A stretch of 64,000 bases of DNA from an uncultured Spirochaetota bacterium (lineage in GTDB: Bacteria; Spirochaetota; Brevinematia; Brevinematales; JAOACQ01): NCBI GenBank assembly GCA_963783575.1, contig CAWAOD010000014.1, positions 160,001 to 224,000 on the forward strand. The letters are read 5' to 3'. Below are positions 1-9,064 of this stretch, in pieces (within the stretch, counting starts at the first letter, position 1; every line of letters begins with the position of its first letter). Below the pieces are notes generated by a model. It worked only from the letters and a program-made list of their open reading frames with translations, had not been told where the DNA came from and did not search any database. The position numbers and the translations under genes are program-made.

Positions 1-1
1 T

Positions 2-502
2 GAACTATCTATCAGTGGCTCAGGATCAATGATGTTGTCTTACCATGCCGATGATATCGAGGTAAATCTTTCAGGTTCGGGTAACGCTCTTTTAAACGGG
101 AATTCGGATTCCTCAGATTGGAGTGTGAATGGTTCAGGCAGGATAAAAAATGGAAAGATTATCTCATCCAATAAAACGGAAATTCATATCAACGGTTCCG
201 GAGATGTGAAGATGGATTTGACCACAAAATATCTGGAAAGCGGGCTATTCGGATCGGGTTCGCTCAGCCTTTCCGGTAGTGCTGAACAGCATAACATTAC
301 CATAAGCGGATCTGGAAACATACTTTCAACAGACCTGCAAACAAAAATAAGCAAAGTAAAAATAAGCGGATCCGGCAGTGCGGAAATAAGCGTCAGAGAT
401 CAACTTAAAGCAAATATCTCTGGAAGCGGCAGCGTTTATTATCACGGCAGGCCCGTAATTAATTCCCATTCTTCAGGAAGCGGTAGCGTGACACAGAGAT
501 GA
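2..502 (+). CDS. GIN domain / DUF2807 (putative adhesin head, beta-helix) protein, 5' end outside window
   Basis: Frame open from base 2; repeated I/L-S/N-G-S-G motifs and C-terminal ISGSGSVYYHGRP typical of DUF2807. Confidence 0.85.
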   Translation, partial: ELSISGSGSMMLSYHADDIEVNLSGSGNALLNGNSDSSDWSVNGSGRIKNGKIISSNKTEIHINGSGDVKMDLTTKYLESGLFGSGSLSLSGSAEQHNITISGSGNILSTDLQTKISKVKISGSGSAEISVRDQLKANISGSGSVYYHGRPVINSHSSGSGSVTQR

Positions 503-696
503 AATCGGTACCAGGCGGTATTAGTTTTAAACTCGATTTTATTGAGTATCGAGTTAATCAAGCCATTTATAATCTATATTGTTCATTATATTTTAATCTT
601 GAGAGGATATAGCCTTTATATGATAGATCATTAACACAGTAAGAAGAAATTCGGAAATAAGTGTGGGTCTTACATTATTATTAGTAGGAATTTAGT

Positions 697-930
697 ATGA
701 AAATGTGGTTTATATTTATTATGATTGTTATGTTCACAATTCCTGCTTTAACTTTTACGCAGTCTTTAAGAGACTGTTTTTTTAGTGCAGCCTGGTCAGG
801 GCAAACCGATGTGATCTGGGAATTGATCATGGATGGCGCCCAATGTCAATACTAAGAGGGATGATGGCGATCTGGTATAGAAAAGTTGATGTGATTAAGG
901 TATTGATAAACGCGAAGGCCGGTGCCAAGT
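697..930 (+). pseudogene. Decayed paralogue of the secreted ankyrin-repeat genes
   Basis: ATG697 gives MKMWFIFIMIVMFTIPALTFTQSLRDCFFSAAWSGQTDVIWELIMDGA, matching the start of 4743-5720 (..PALTFAESLTDRLFYAAWSGQTEVIQELIREGA); then frameshift/stop and ankyrin-like DNA remnants (aaagttgatgtgattaaggtattgata). Confidence 0.8.
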
Positions 931-1015
931 ACTGTCTGGGATATCTCAGCTATTCTATCATCGGATGGAATTATAAAATTCCTATCAATCATATTACTAA
1001 TAAGGAGTGTGGATT

Positions 1016-2330
1016 ATGAAGATTCAAAAACTATTGCAACAGATATTTGGACTTATACTGATTATTGCGTTTCTTGCCGGGTGTAGTGGAAAGGCCGTCA
1101 AAACTTTCATGGAAGGATTTTATCATCACAAATTTCAGCGCAATTCATTTGCCCGTTAACGGCGACGAGAATGAGCATCTGATCTTCGGGGCGATACCAA
1201 TTTCTCAACCGGCACAGAACCTCTCACCGGATTTAGCCGCCTTTCTTGGAAGATGGGAGGGCTATGATTACAGTCCGCCCGTTAAAAAGGATTACAAGGG
1301 CATACTGGTAATTCAGGAAATTACACCGAAGGGAGGCAATGCCTTCTTCTGGTCAGGCTCCAATCTTCAGTTCCCGTTCTGGGTTAAAGAGATTAAATTC
1401 AAAGTTGTGCCCGGTACCACGCCCTCGATACAATGGCAAGATGATCTGACCGGTGGGCCGAACGGAATGAGTGGAATGGGAACATTCATGTTTACCTATG
1501 ACCGCGAAAAGGGCGTTCTCAAAGGCGGCATAAATCTTCCGGGCGACAGCGCGCTCAAAGGGCCTCTCGAATTCAACCGGAATAAGTCCTTCTATGTTTA
1601 CCGGGACTACGCCAAATATCTGGCAAGCAAACGAATCTATCCCAAAGAATTTCTCACAAGTGATTTGCGGCGTTATGGCAGCGGGTATCTGCTCTACTTG
1701 CCGGAAGGCTACGAAGCCAATTCCAAAAAGACCTGGCCGCTGATCATTTTTTTGCATGGCACGGGTGACCGAGGTACAAATGTATTCCTGCTGGCAAAGG
1801 CAAGTCCGTATATGATGATCCGGGAAAAAGGGCCGCTCCCCTTTATTATTACCGCACCACTTTTAAATCTGTCGAAGAAGTTCCGTTGTTTTCCTGGACA
1901 TTATCTCGAAGGCGTGCTTGATGAAGTCATGGGAAATTACAGGGTTGATGATAAGAGGGTTTATCTGACAGGGATTAGCATGGGCGGTGAGGCAAGTTAT
2001 CGTTTTGCGATGGAACACCCTGAAAAATTTGCTGCAATTGCGTCTTTATCGGGATATATGGCGAAATATTTTCCCGCTTTCTATCGAGAAGAAGCGGAAA
2101 TAAAAGGCATTCCGTTAAGCCGGTTAAAGGGAGTTCCGGTCTGGGAGATACATGGATCGGATGATATTATTCTTTCGGTAAATAAAGCTCAGGATATGAT
2201 AAATGATTTTAATAATTCAGGAGTCAATATCAGGTTCACAATATTGAAAAATCATGACCACGATGTATGGACGGATACTTACTCAGATAGCAAGTTCTAT
2301 GACTGGCTGCTTCAACACCGGCGGTCTTAA
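1016..2330 (+). CDS. Alpha/beta hydrolase (peptidase S9 / phospholipase-carboxylesterase-like) lipoprotein, apparent frameshift near N-terminus
   Basis: FLHGTG, nucleophile GISMGG, HGSDD and HDVW in ORF 1065-2330. RBS AAGGAG plus ATG1016 in another frame encodes MKIQKLLQQIFGLILIIAFLAGC (lipobox). Confidence 0.75.
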
Positions 2331-2395
2331 AACATATGAAGCGTAAGGAATGGATTCATAAAGAATTCATAGGGTGAAAAAAAAGGAGGATAAAT

Positions 2396-3028
2396 ATGAA
2401 AAAGATAATTTTAATTTTGACAATATTTTGTTTTTCGATAACTTTGGGATTTTCTCAACAAAAACAATTAAAAGAGGATATAAAAACAGCTTTAATAATT
2501 ATTGATATTCAGAATGATTATTTCGACAAAGGTACAATGACTCTTGTCGGTTCTGATAAGGCAAGTGAAAATGCAAGACTGATTCTTGATAAATTTAGAG
2601 CGGATAGCTTAACTATAATACACATACAACATATTGCAACAAAACCGACCGCAACATTTTTCTTACCTAACACGATAGGAGTAGAAATTCATAAAAATGT
2701 AAAACCTTTAGAACAAGAAAAAGTTATAATAAAGAATTATCCAAATAGTTTCAGAGAAACAGAGTTGTTAGATTATTTAAGAACCAAGAAAATCAAAAAT
2801 TTGGTGATATGTGGAATGATGACACATATGTGTGTTGATGCAACAACAAGGGCAGCAAAGGATTTTGGATATAACTGTATTGTAATTGGAGATGCGTGTG
2901 CAACCAAAGACCTTGAAATAAATGGGCAAAAAGTTAAAGCAGAAGATGTACAGAAAAGTTTTTTAGCGGCATTAGATTCTTTTTATGCGACAGTTAAAAC
3001 AACAAAACAATATTTAGATGAAAAATAA
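2396..3028 (+). CDS. Cysteine hydrolase (isochorismatase family) with signal peptide
   Basis: ALIIIDIQNDYF (Asp), IIKNYPNSF (Lys), GMMTHMCVDATTRAA (Cys); RBS AGGAGG. Confidence 0.9.
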   Translation: MKKIILILTIFCFSITLGFSQQKQLKEDIKTALIIIDIQNDYFDKGTMTLVGSDKASENARLILDKFRADSLTIIHIQHIATKPTATFFLPNTIGVEIHKNVKPLEQEKVIIKNYPNSFRETELLDYLRTKKIKNLVICGMMTHMCVDATTRAAKDFGYNCIVIGDACATKDLEINGQKVKAEDVQKSFLAALDSFYATVKTTKQYLDEK

Positions 3029-3149
3029 TAAAGCATATGACTGGTGAAATCCAAATCGGGCTGATGTACCAATGTAAATGCTAAGAAGAATGATGGCAGA
3101 CTGCTAAAAACTCAGCAGTTGATATAAAAACGGTATCACTGGAGGAAAA

Positions 3150-4700
3150 ATGTATTTTCAATCTTTACCAATAAAAAGAATATTAGGTTCGAGTATTTTT
3201 ATTATTATTGCGGCAGCGCTTGTTAAGCTGGTAATCCATCTCGCGACAGGTTCCAATTATGGTTATTTTATTGATGAACTTTACACTCTTGCCTGTGGAG
3301 AACATCTCTCGTTCGGTTATGTCGATATACCTCCGTTTGCTCCCTTTTTATCAAGAATAAGCGGTTTGATATTTGGTTATTCTTTATTCAGCATACATAT
3401 ATTCCCTGCGGTATCAGGAGCGCTCTTAATAGTTTTTGCCGGTTTATTTACCATGGAATTGGGCGGGAAAAGGTTTGCCGTGCTGTTGACCTGCATCGCT
3501 GTTTTGACATTAGTAGTCTGGCTCATCTTTAATTCCATGTTTGCGTATGATAATTTCGATCAGCTTTTTACCCTGATTTTCCTTTTTATGCTGCTGAAAT
3601 TAATCAAAACTGACAATCCCAGGCTGTTTATCAATCTGGGAATAATCGGGGGTATTTGTCTTCTAACAAAACTGACCCTTGTTTTCATTGTCATTGCTAT
3701 AATCCCGGCATTACTGCTGACAAAAAGCAGAAAATATTTCGCTACTAAATGGCTGTGGATTGCGCCTGTTATTGCAGCCGTTATGTCTGCTCCATACTTG
3801 CTCTGGCAGTACTTTCATCAATGGCCGCTTCTTGAATACCTTCAAGAATACTCGAAATACGGAACTTATCATGCAGACCCGCTTGAATATATCAGGATGA
3901 TTGCCCTTATGATAAACCCGATTTCCCTTCCTTTATGGCTTTCGGGATTTTATTATTATTTTTTTGATAAAGAGGGAAAGGCATATAAGATTTTCGGGTT
4001 TATTCCTGTATTCTTATTCTTTGTATTGTTTATTGTTATAAAGGCTAAGGCTTATATGATTATTGTTACTTTCATTCCATTAATAGCCGCAGGGGCCGTT
4101 TTATTAGGGAATCTTCTTGAAAACAGGAAATGGTTATGGCTGCGAACTCTTTCAATTATTCTGCTGCTGGTCCAGGGATGTTTGCTTTTGCCGATCAGCG
4201 TTCCGCTCTTGAAACCTGATAATCTTGCTGAATATTATATTTTTTTCAATAAGTTTACTAATAAAGTAAAAACTGATAATTCGAAGACTTCAATTTTTCC
4301 GCAAACAACTGCCGATCGTTTCAGCTGGGACGAGCTCGTAAAGAATGTGGCGGATGTTTACAATTCGCTTCCGTTAGAGGGAAGAAAAAAATGTACTATT
4401 TTCGGCGGTAATTACGGAGCAGCCGGCGCCGTTGACCTTCTCGGCGGAAAATACGGATTGCCCATGGCTATAAGCGGCCACCTGACTTATTATATTTGGG
4501 GCCCCGGCACAAACACCGGAGAAATTCTTATATCCATCGGCGTTCCAATGAAGAGGCTTGAAGGCTTTTATGATGAAGTAACTGAAGTCCGGAAGTTGTA
4601 CAATAAATATACAATGCCGAGAAATAATGTACCTGTTTATCTTTGCAGAAAACCAAAAATGACAATACAGGAAGCCTGGAAATTCACGAAGAGTTATTAA
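3150..4700 (+). CDS. GT39/ArnT-like (PMT_2) integral membrane glycosyltransferase
   Basis: YGYFIDELY, GYVDIPP, many TM segments, C-terminal NYGAAGAVD and YYIWGPG. Confidence 0.85.
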   Translation: MYFQSLPIKRILGSSIFIIIAAALVKLVIHLATGSNYGYFIDELYTLACGEHLSFGYVDIPPFAPFLSRISGLIFGYSLFSIHIFPAVSGALLIVFAGLFTMELGGKRFAVLLTCIAVLTLVVWLIFNSMFAYDNFDQLFTLIFLFMLLKLIKTDNPRLFINLGIIGGICLLTKLTLVFIVIAIIPALLLTKSRKYFATKWLWIAPVIAAVMSAPYLLWQYFHQWPLLEYLQEYSKYGTYHADPLEYIRMIALMINPISLPLWLSGFYYYFFDKEGKAYKIFGFIPVFLFFVLFIVIKAKAYMIIVTFIPLIAAGAVLLGNLLENRKWLWLRTLSIILLLVQGCLLLPISVPLLKPDNLAEYYIFFNKFTNKVKTDNSKTSIFPQTTADRFSWDELVKNVADVYNSLPLEGRKKCTIFGGNYGAAGAVDLLGGKYGLPMAISGHLTYYIWGPGTNTGEILISIGVPMKRLEGFYDEVTEVRKLYNKYTMPRNNVPVYLCRKPKMTIQEAWKFTKSY

Positions 4701-4742
4701 TAAAACATCCGGCAAAATATTCATTAATTGGAGGAATTTACC

Positions 4743-5720
4743 ATGAAAATGCGGTTTAAATTTATTTTGGTTATTATGCTCGCAATCCCTGCTTTAACTT
4801 TTGCTGAGTCTTTAACAGACCGTTTGTTTTATGCGGCCTGGTCCGGGCAAACCGAAGTGATTCAAGAATTGATCAGGGAAGGAGCCGATGTCAATGCGCC
4901 GCATAAATATGAAAATTATACAGGCTATACGGCTTTGATGGCGGCGGCCTGGAATGGAAAAGTTGACACGATTAAGGCATTGATAGAAGCAAAGGCAAAT
5001 GTCAATTCTTCGAGTACAGTCGATATGGATAAAACAGGCTGGACAGCTTTGATGATGGCTGTGACCAGGGGAAATATCGACGCGGCTAAAGTATTGATAG
5101 GAGCAAAGGCAAATGTCAATGCCAGGATGAATAACGGCTGGACAGCTTTGATGGAGGCTGTGACCAGGGGGAATATCGACGTGGCTAAAGTATTGATAGA
5201 AGCAAAGGCAAATGTCAATTCTTCGAGTACAGTCGATATGGATAAAACAGGCTGGACAGCCTTAATGGAGGCGGCCTATCATGACAAAGTCGACGCGATG
5301 AAGGTATTGATAGAAGCTGAGGCCGATGTCAACGCTAAGAGGAATGACGGCTGGACGGCTTTGATGGCCGCGGCGCAGAGGGGGAACGTTGATGCGATTA
5401 AAGTATTGATCACGGCGGGGGCCGATGTCAATGCGACGCATAAATATGAATATTATACCGGTTATACGGCTTTGATGGCAGCGGCCAAGAATGGGAATGT
5501 TGACACAATTAAGTTATTGATAGAAGCAAAGGCCGATGTCAATGCCAGGAGGAATGATGGATGGACAGCCATGATGGAGGCGGCCGATTATGGAAAAATT
5601 GATGCGATTAACGCTTTGATCGAGGGTGGAGCCGATATCAATGCTAAGGATAATAACGGCAGAACGGCTCTGGGAGTAGCGGCCTGGTATGGGGGGAATG
5701 TGACGCGGTTAGCGCTTTGA
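4743..5720 (+). CDS. Secreted ankyrin-repeat protein (about 8-9 repeats), C-terminus frameshifted/truncated
   Basis: Signal peptide ..PALTFA/ES; repeats G(W/Y)TALMxAAxxGxxDxxKxLIEAKAxVNA; ankyrin-type DNA continues out of frame to about 5770. Confidence 0.9.
   Translation: MKMRFKFILVIMLAIPALTFAESLTDRLFYAAWSGQTEVIQELIREGADVNAPHKYENYTGYTALMAAAWNGKVDTIKALIEAKANVNSSSTVDMDKTGWTALMMAVTRGNIDAAKVLIGAKANVNARMNNGWTALMEAVTRGNIDVAKVLIEAKANVNSSSTVDMDKTGWTALMEAAYHDKVDAMKVLIEAEADVNAKRNDGWTALMAAAQRGNVDAIKVLITAGADVNATHKYEYYTGYTALMAAAKNGNVDTIKLLIEAKADVNARRNDGWTAMMEAADYGKIDAINALIEGGADINAKDNNGRTALGVAAWYGGNVTRLAL
4979..5260 (+). repeat. Intragenic 69-bp exact direct repeat (4979-5047 and 5192-5260)
   Basis: attgatagaagcaaaggcaaatgtcaattcttcgagtacagtcgatatggataaaacaggctggacagc occurs twice, 213 bp apart. 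Confidence 0.9.
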
Positions 5721-5768
5721 TCAAGGCAGGGGCAGATATCAATAAAGAGGAATGACGGCGGGACAGCT

Positions 5769-5831
5769 TTGAAATGTTCATAAGAAAAAAATAGCCGTTG
5801 ATAAATAGCCGCAATGAAGCTGCTCTAAAAA
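5769..5831 (+). repeat. Degenerate copy of 12441-12503 (3' end and trailer of the winged-helix regulator gene)
   Basis: Ungapped hand alignment gives 49/63 identical positions. Confidence 0.75.
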
Positions 5832-5863
5832 ATAGTTATATATTAATTTTATAAGGAGATATT

Positions 5864-7432
5864 ATGAAAAGTATTTTTAAGTTTAAGAAAGAAATATTGC
5901 TCGGGGAAACAGCGGTCATTTGCTTTTTTATTATTATTAAACTGGTTATCTGTCTCTATCCTTACCATTATGGGTTTTTCAGGGATGAATTTCTGTATAT
6001 TTCCCTCAGCGACCGCCTTGGCTGGGCCTATCTCGAAGTTCCGCCTATCGCGCCTTTGATTCTGGCGGGAGTCCGTTTTTTATTGGGAACTTCTTTCCTG
6101 TCTCTGCATCTGATACCGGCATTGCTCTGTTCCATTGTCATTATTGTTACGGCCTTGATGGTGAAAAAAATGGGCGGGGGCATTTACGCAACGATCCTCT
6201 GCCTGATTTGTGTAACTATGGCCCCCGGGTTTATCGGCAGTGGAATCACATATGATTACAATTCATTTGACATGCTTTTCTGGAATCTTTCCATCTATAT
6301 GATTTTACTTCTACTTGTCTCCGGGGATAAAAAATACTGGCTGTATTTCGGCCTCTTTGCCGGGCTTGGCCTGATGTCTAAAATTACCATGCTTTACCTT
6401 GGTTTTGCGTTATTCTTATCTTTTCTGGCACTAAAAGACCGGAAATACCTTTTTGACAAACGCTTTCTGTTCGGCGGCCTAATCTCGTTATTCATTTTTC
6501 TTCCCTTCATAATCTGGCAGGCTTATTATCATTTCCCGATCATAGATTATTTTAAAGGCTATGTAGGCAAGCTTTCTCATCCATCTCCGGTTCAATATAT
6601 TTTTACCCAGATCGACAATATGAACAGGTATGCTTTTCCAGTCTGGATACTGGGATTAATCTATTTTCTCTTCGATAAGGAAGGCAAAAAATACAGGGTC
6701 TTTGGGCTTGCTTATATTTTCCTCTGCGCTCTTTTTATTTCACAGAACGCAAAGTCTTACCTTATTTACCCATTTTATATGGTGCTTTTTGCCGGGGGAT
6801 CGGTTTTCATAACCCGGTTTATTAAAGAATATAAAATAAAATGGCTCAAAACGGCAGCAGCGGTCATCACTGCGGTCATAACTTTACTTATTTTACATAA
6901 TGGAGTGCTCACCTTACCTTACTGCCGGCCTGTCCTTTCGCCGGAAGCATTTATTAAAATGACAGGCGGCAAAAAATTTTCCGGTGATGAGAAGAGAAGC
7001 TCAGGATTGCTGCTTCCTACGGGTTTTGCCGACTGCTTCGGGTGGGAAGAATTGACTGGAGATGTCGCCGGTGTATATCAAAAATTGAGCGATCAGGATA
7101 AAAAGAAGGCATGCATTCTGGCTAATAATTACGGAGAAGCCGGCGCCCTTCATTTTTACGGTCCGAAATACGGCCTGTCCGATCCGGTCTGCGTCCATAA
7201 TATCTGGTATATCTGGGGGCCGGGAAACAATACCGGTGAAGTGATGATTTTTGTAGGCTATTACAAGGATTTTTATAAGATTCTAACTGCTAATTTCGAT
7301 AGTGTGGAAATTGCCGGGAAAACTGTAACAAAATACGCAATGCCGGATGAAAACGAACACGCGATTTTTCTATGCAGGGGATTGCATTGGCCGTTAAAGA
7401 AATGCTGGAAATATTTAAAGAATTTCAATTAA
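5864..7432 (+). CDS. Second GT39/ArnT-like membrane glycosyltransferase (paralogue of 3150-4700)
   Basis: YGFFRDEFLY, AYLEVPP, NNYGEAGAL, YIWGPGNNTGE; shares FDKEGKxY with the first copy. Confidence 0.85.
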   Translation: MKSIFKFKKEILLGETAVICFFIIIKLVICLYPYHYGFFRDEFLYISLSDRLGWAYLEVPPIAPLILAGVRFLLGTSFLSLHLIPALLCSIVIIVTALMVKKMGGGIYATILCLICVTMAPGFIGSGITYDYNSFDMLFWNLSIYMILLLLVSGDKKYWLYFGLFAGLGLMSKITMLYLGFALFLSFLALKDRKYLFDKRFLFGGLISLFIFLPFIIWQAYYHFPIIDYFKGYVGKLSHPSPVQYIFTQIDNMNRYAFPVWILGLIYFLFDKEGKKYRVFGLAYIFLCALFISQNAKSYLIYPFYMVLFAGGSVFITRFIKEYKIKWLKTAAAVITAVITLLILHNGVLTLPYCRPVLSPEAFIKMTGGKKFSGDEKRSSGLLLPTGFADCFGWEELTGDVAGVYQKLSDQDKKKACILANNYGEAGALHFYGPKYGLSDPVCVHNIWYIWGPGNNTGEVMIFVGYYKDFYKILTANFDSVEIAGKTVTKYAMPDENEHAIFLCRGLHWPLKKCWKYLKNFN

Positions 7433-7457
7433 AAATTGATTATAAGGAGAAATATTT

Positions 7458-8986
7458 ATGAAAAAAAAGTTTAAATTTATTATATTTGTCATACTAATAA
7501 TACCTGCACTAACTTTTACAGATTCTTTAACAGACCGCTACTTTCCCGGCGATGAATGGCGGATATCCACTCCTGAAGCTCAGGGAATGGATTCCGGGTA
7601 TCTTGTAAAGATGCTGGACTATGTTAAATCGAATAACCTGGAGATACACAGCTTAATAATTATAAGGCACGGATATGTAGTAATGGAGGCTTACGGGGAA
7701 CCTTTCAGAAAGGACATCATACATACACTTAATTCGGGCACAAAAAGTTTCACTTCGGCTTTAGTTAGTATTGCGATAAGGGAAGGCTGTATTAAAAACG
7801 TTGATCAAAAAATTGCCGATATATTTTCTGACAGGGATATTAAGAATCTTGATGATAAAAAAAAGTCCATATCCGTCAGACACCTGCTGACAATGAGTTC
7901 GGGGATTGAATGGGGAATGTGGGATTCGAATACTGGAGATTACTGGAGATCTGATAATTGGACTCAATATTTTCTTGATCTTCCTGTAAAAACGCATCCC
8001 GGCAAAGTTTATAATTATAATACAGGAGGCGCTAACCTTCTACTGGCGGCCGTTCAGAAAACAGCCGGTATAAAATTACAGGAATTTATAGAAAAGTTTC
8101 TCTTCAATCCGCTTGGAATCACCAAATACTATTGGCTGACCGATCCCCAGGGAATCAATATGGGCGGCGGAGGACTCGCTATAACACCGATGGAAATGGC
8201 CCGGTTCGGGTATCTTTACCTGAAAAACGGTAACTGGGATGGAACCCAGGTCGTGCCTGCCGAATGGGTTAAAAAATCCATGACAGAATATATTAAAGTA
8301 TATATGGGGGATCAGGGCTACGGATTCCTGTGGTGGAAAATCCCGTCCGGCGGTTTTGCGGCCGATGGTTACGGCGGTCAGCAAATAATGGTTATACCAC
8401 GGCAAGATATGGTTGTAGTAATTACCGCTAATCTTGATAATGCCTCTCATTGGCCGGTTGAAAACAATCTATGGAAAAATTCATAAACAGGTCGGTTGTT
8501 TCCGGTAAAAATATTCCGGAAGATCAGGGAAAAAATGATGCGTTTGCAGCCGCCATAAGTAATTTCAGTAATCCGGCGAAAGAAACCGCAATTTATATCC
8601 CTGAAAAGGCGAACGAATTATCAGGCAGAAAATATATTCTGGATTCCAATCCGTGGGGTTTGAAATCTATTATACTGAGTTTTAATGGAACAAATGAATG
8701 CATATATGAAGAAAATTATCCGGATTTAAACTTTAAAATGACAATCGGAATTGATGGAAAATACCGGGAGAACCGGTTTGCCGGAGATTCACGAAAACGG
8801 GAACTTTCTAATGGAAGATGGATTGACGATAATACTTTTGTTTATGAATATTACAAACCCTGGGCTGATATAAGTAAAATTCACTGTATCTGCCGGTTTG
8901 AAGCTGACATGATTTCTTTAAAAATTCAGGGAAAATCGACTGACGCAGTATGGTCACAAGTATTTACAGGTGTTATGGAAAAATAA
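7458..8986 (+). CDS. Secreted serine hydrolase, beta-lactamase class C / NylB-like family; split into ORFs 7458-8486 and 8471-8986 by an apparent frameshift
   Basis: SxxK (SGTK), HLLTMSSG, YNYN, ARFGYLYL, ADGYGGQ; the second ORF aligns with the C-terminal domain of 10170-11507 (both end GxMEK). Confidence 0.85.
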
Positions 8987-9064
8987 TAAAAGATAGGGAG
9001 GTCTTTAAAAAAAGACATAATTATGGTTCATCCATCAAAATATACATTAATAGGAGAATTTAGT

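Noticed and set aside
530..555. Palindrome aactcgat-N10-atcgagtt as an operator for the wHTH regulator
   Set aside because: Single occurrence; no second copy seen in the cluster.
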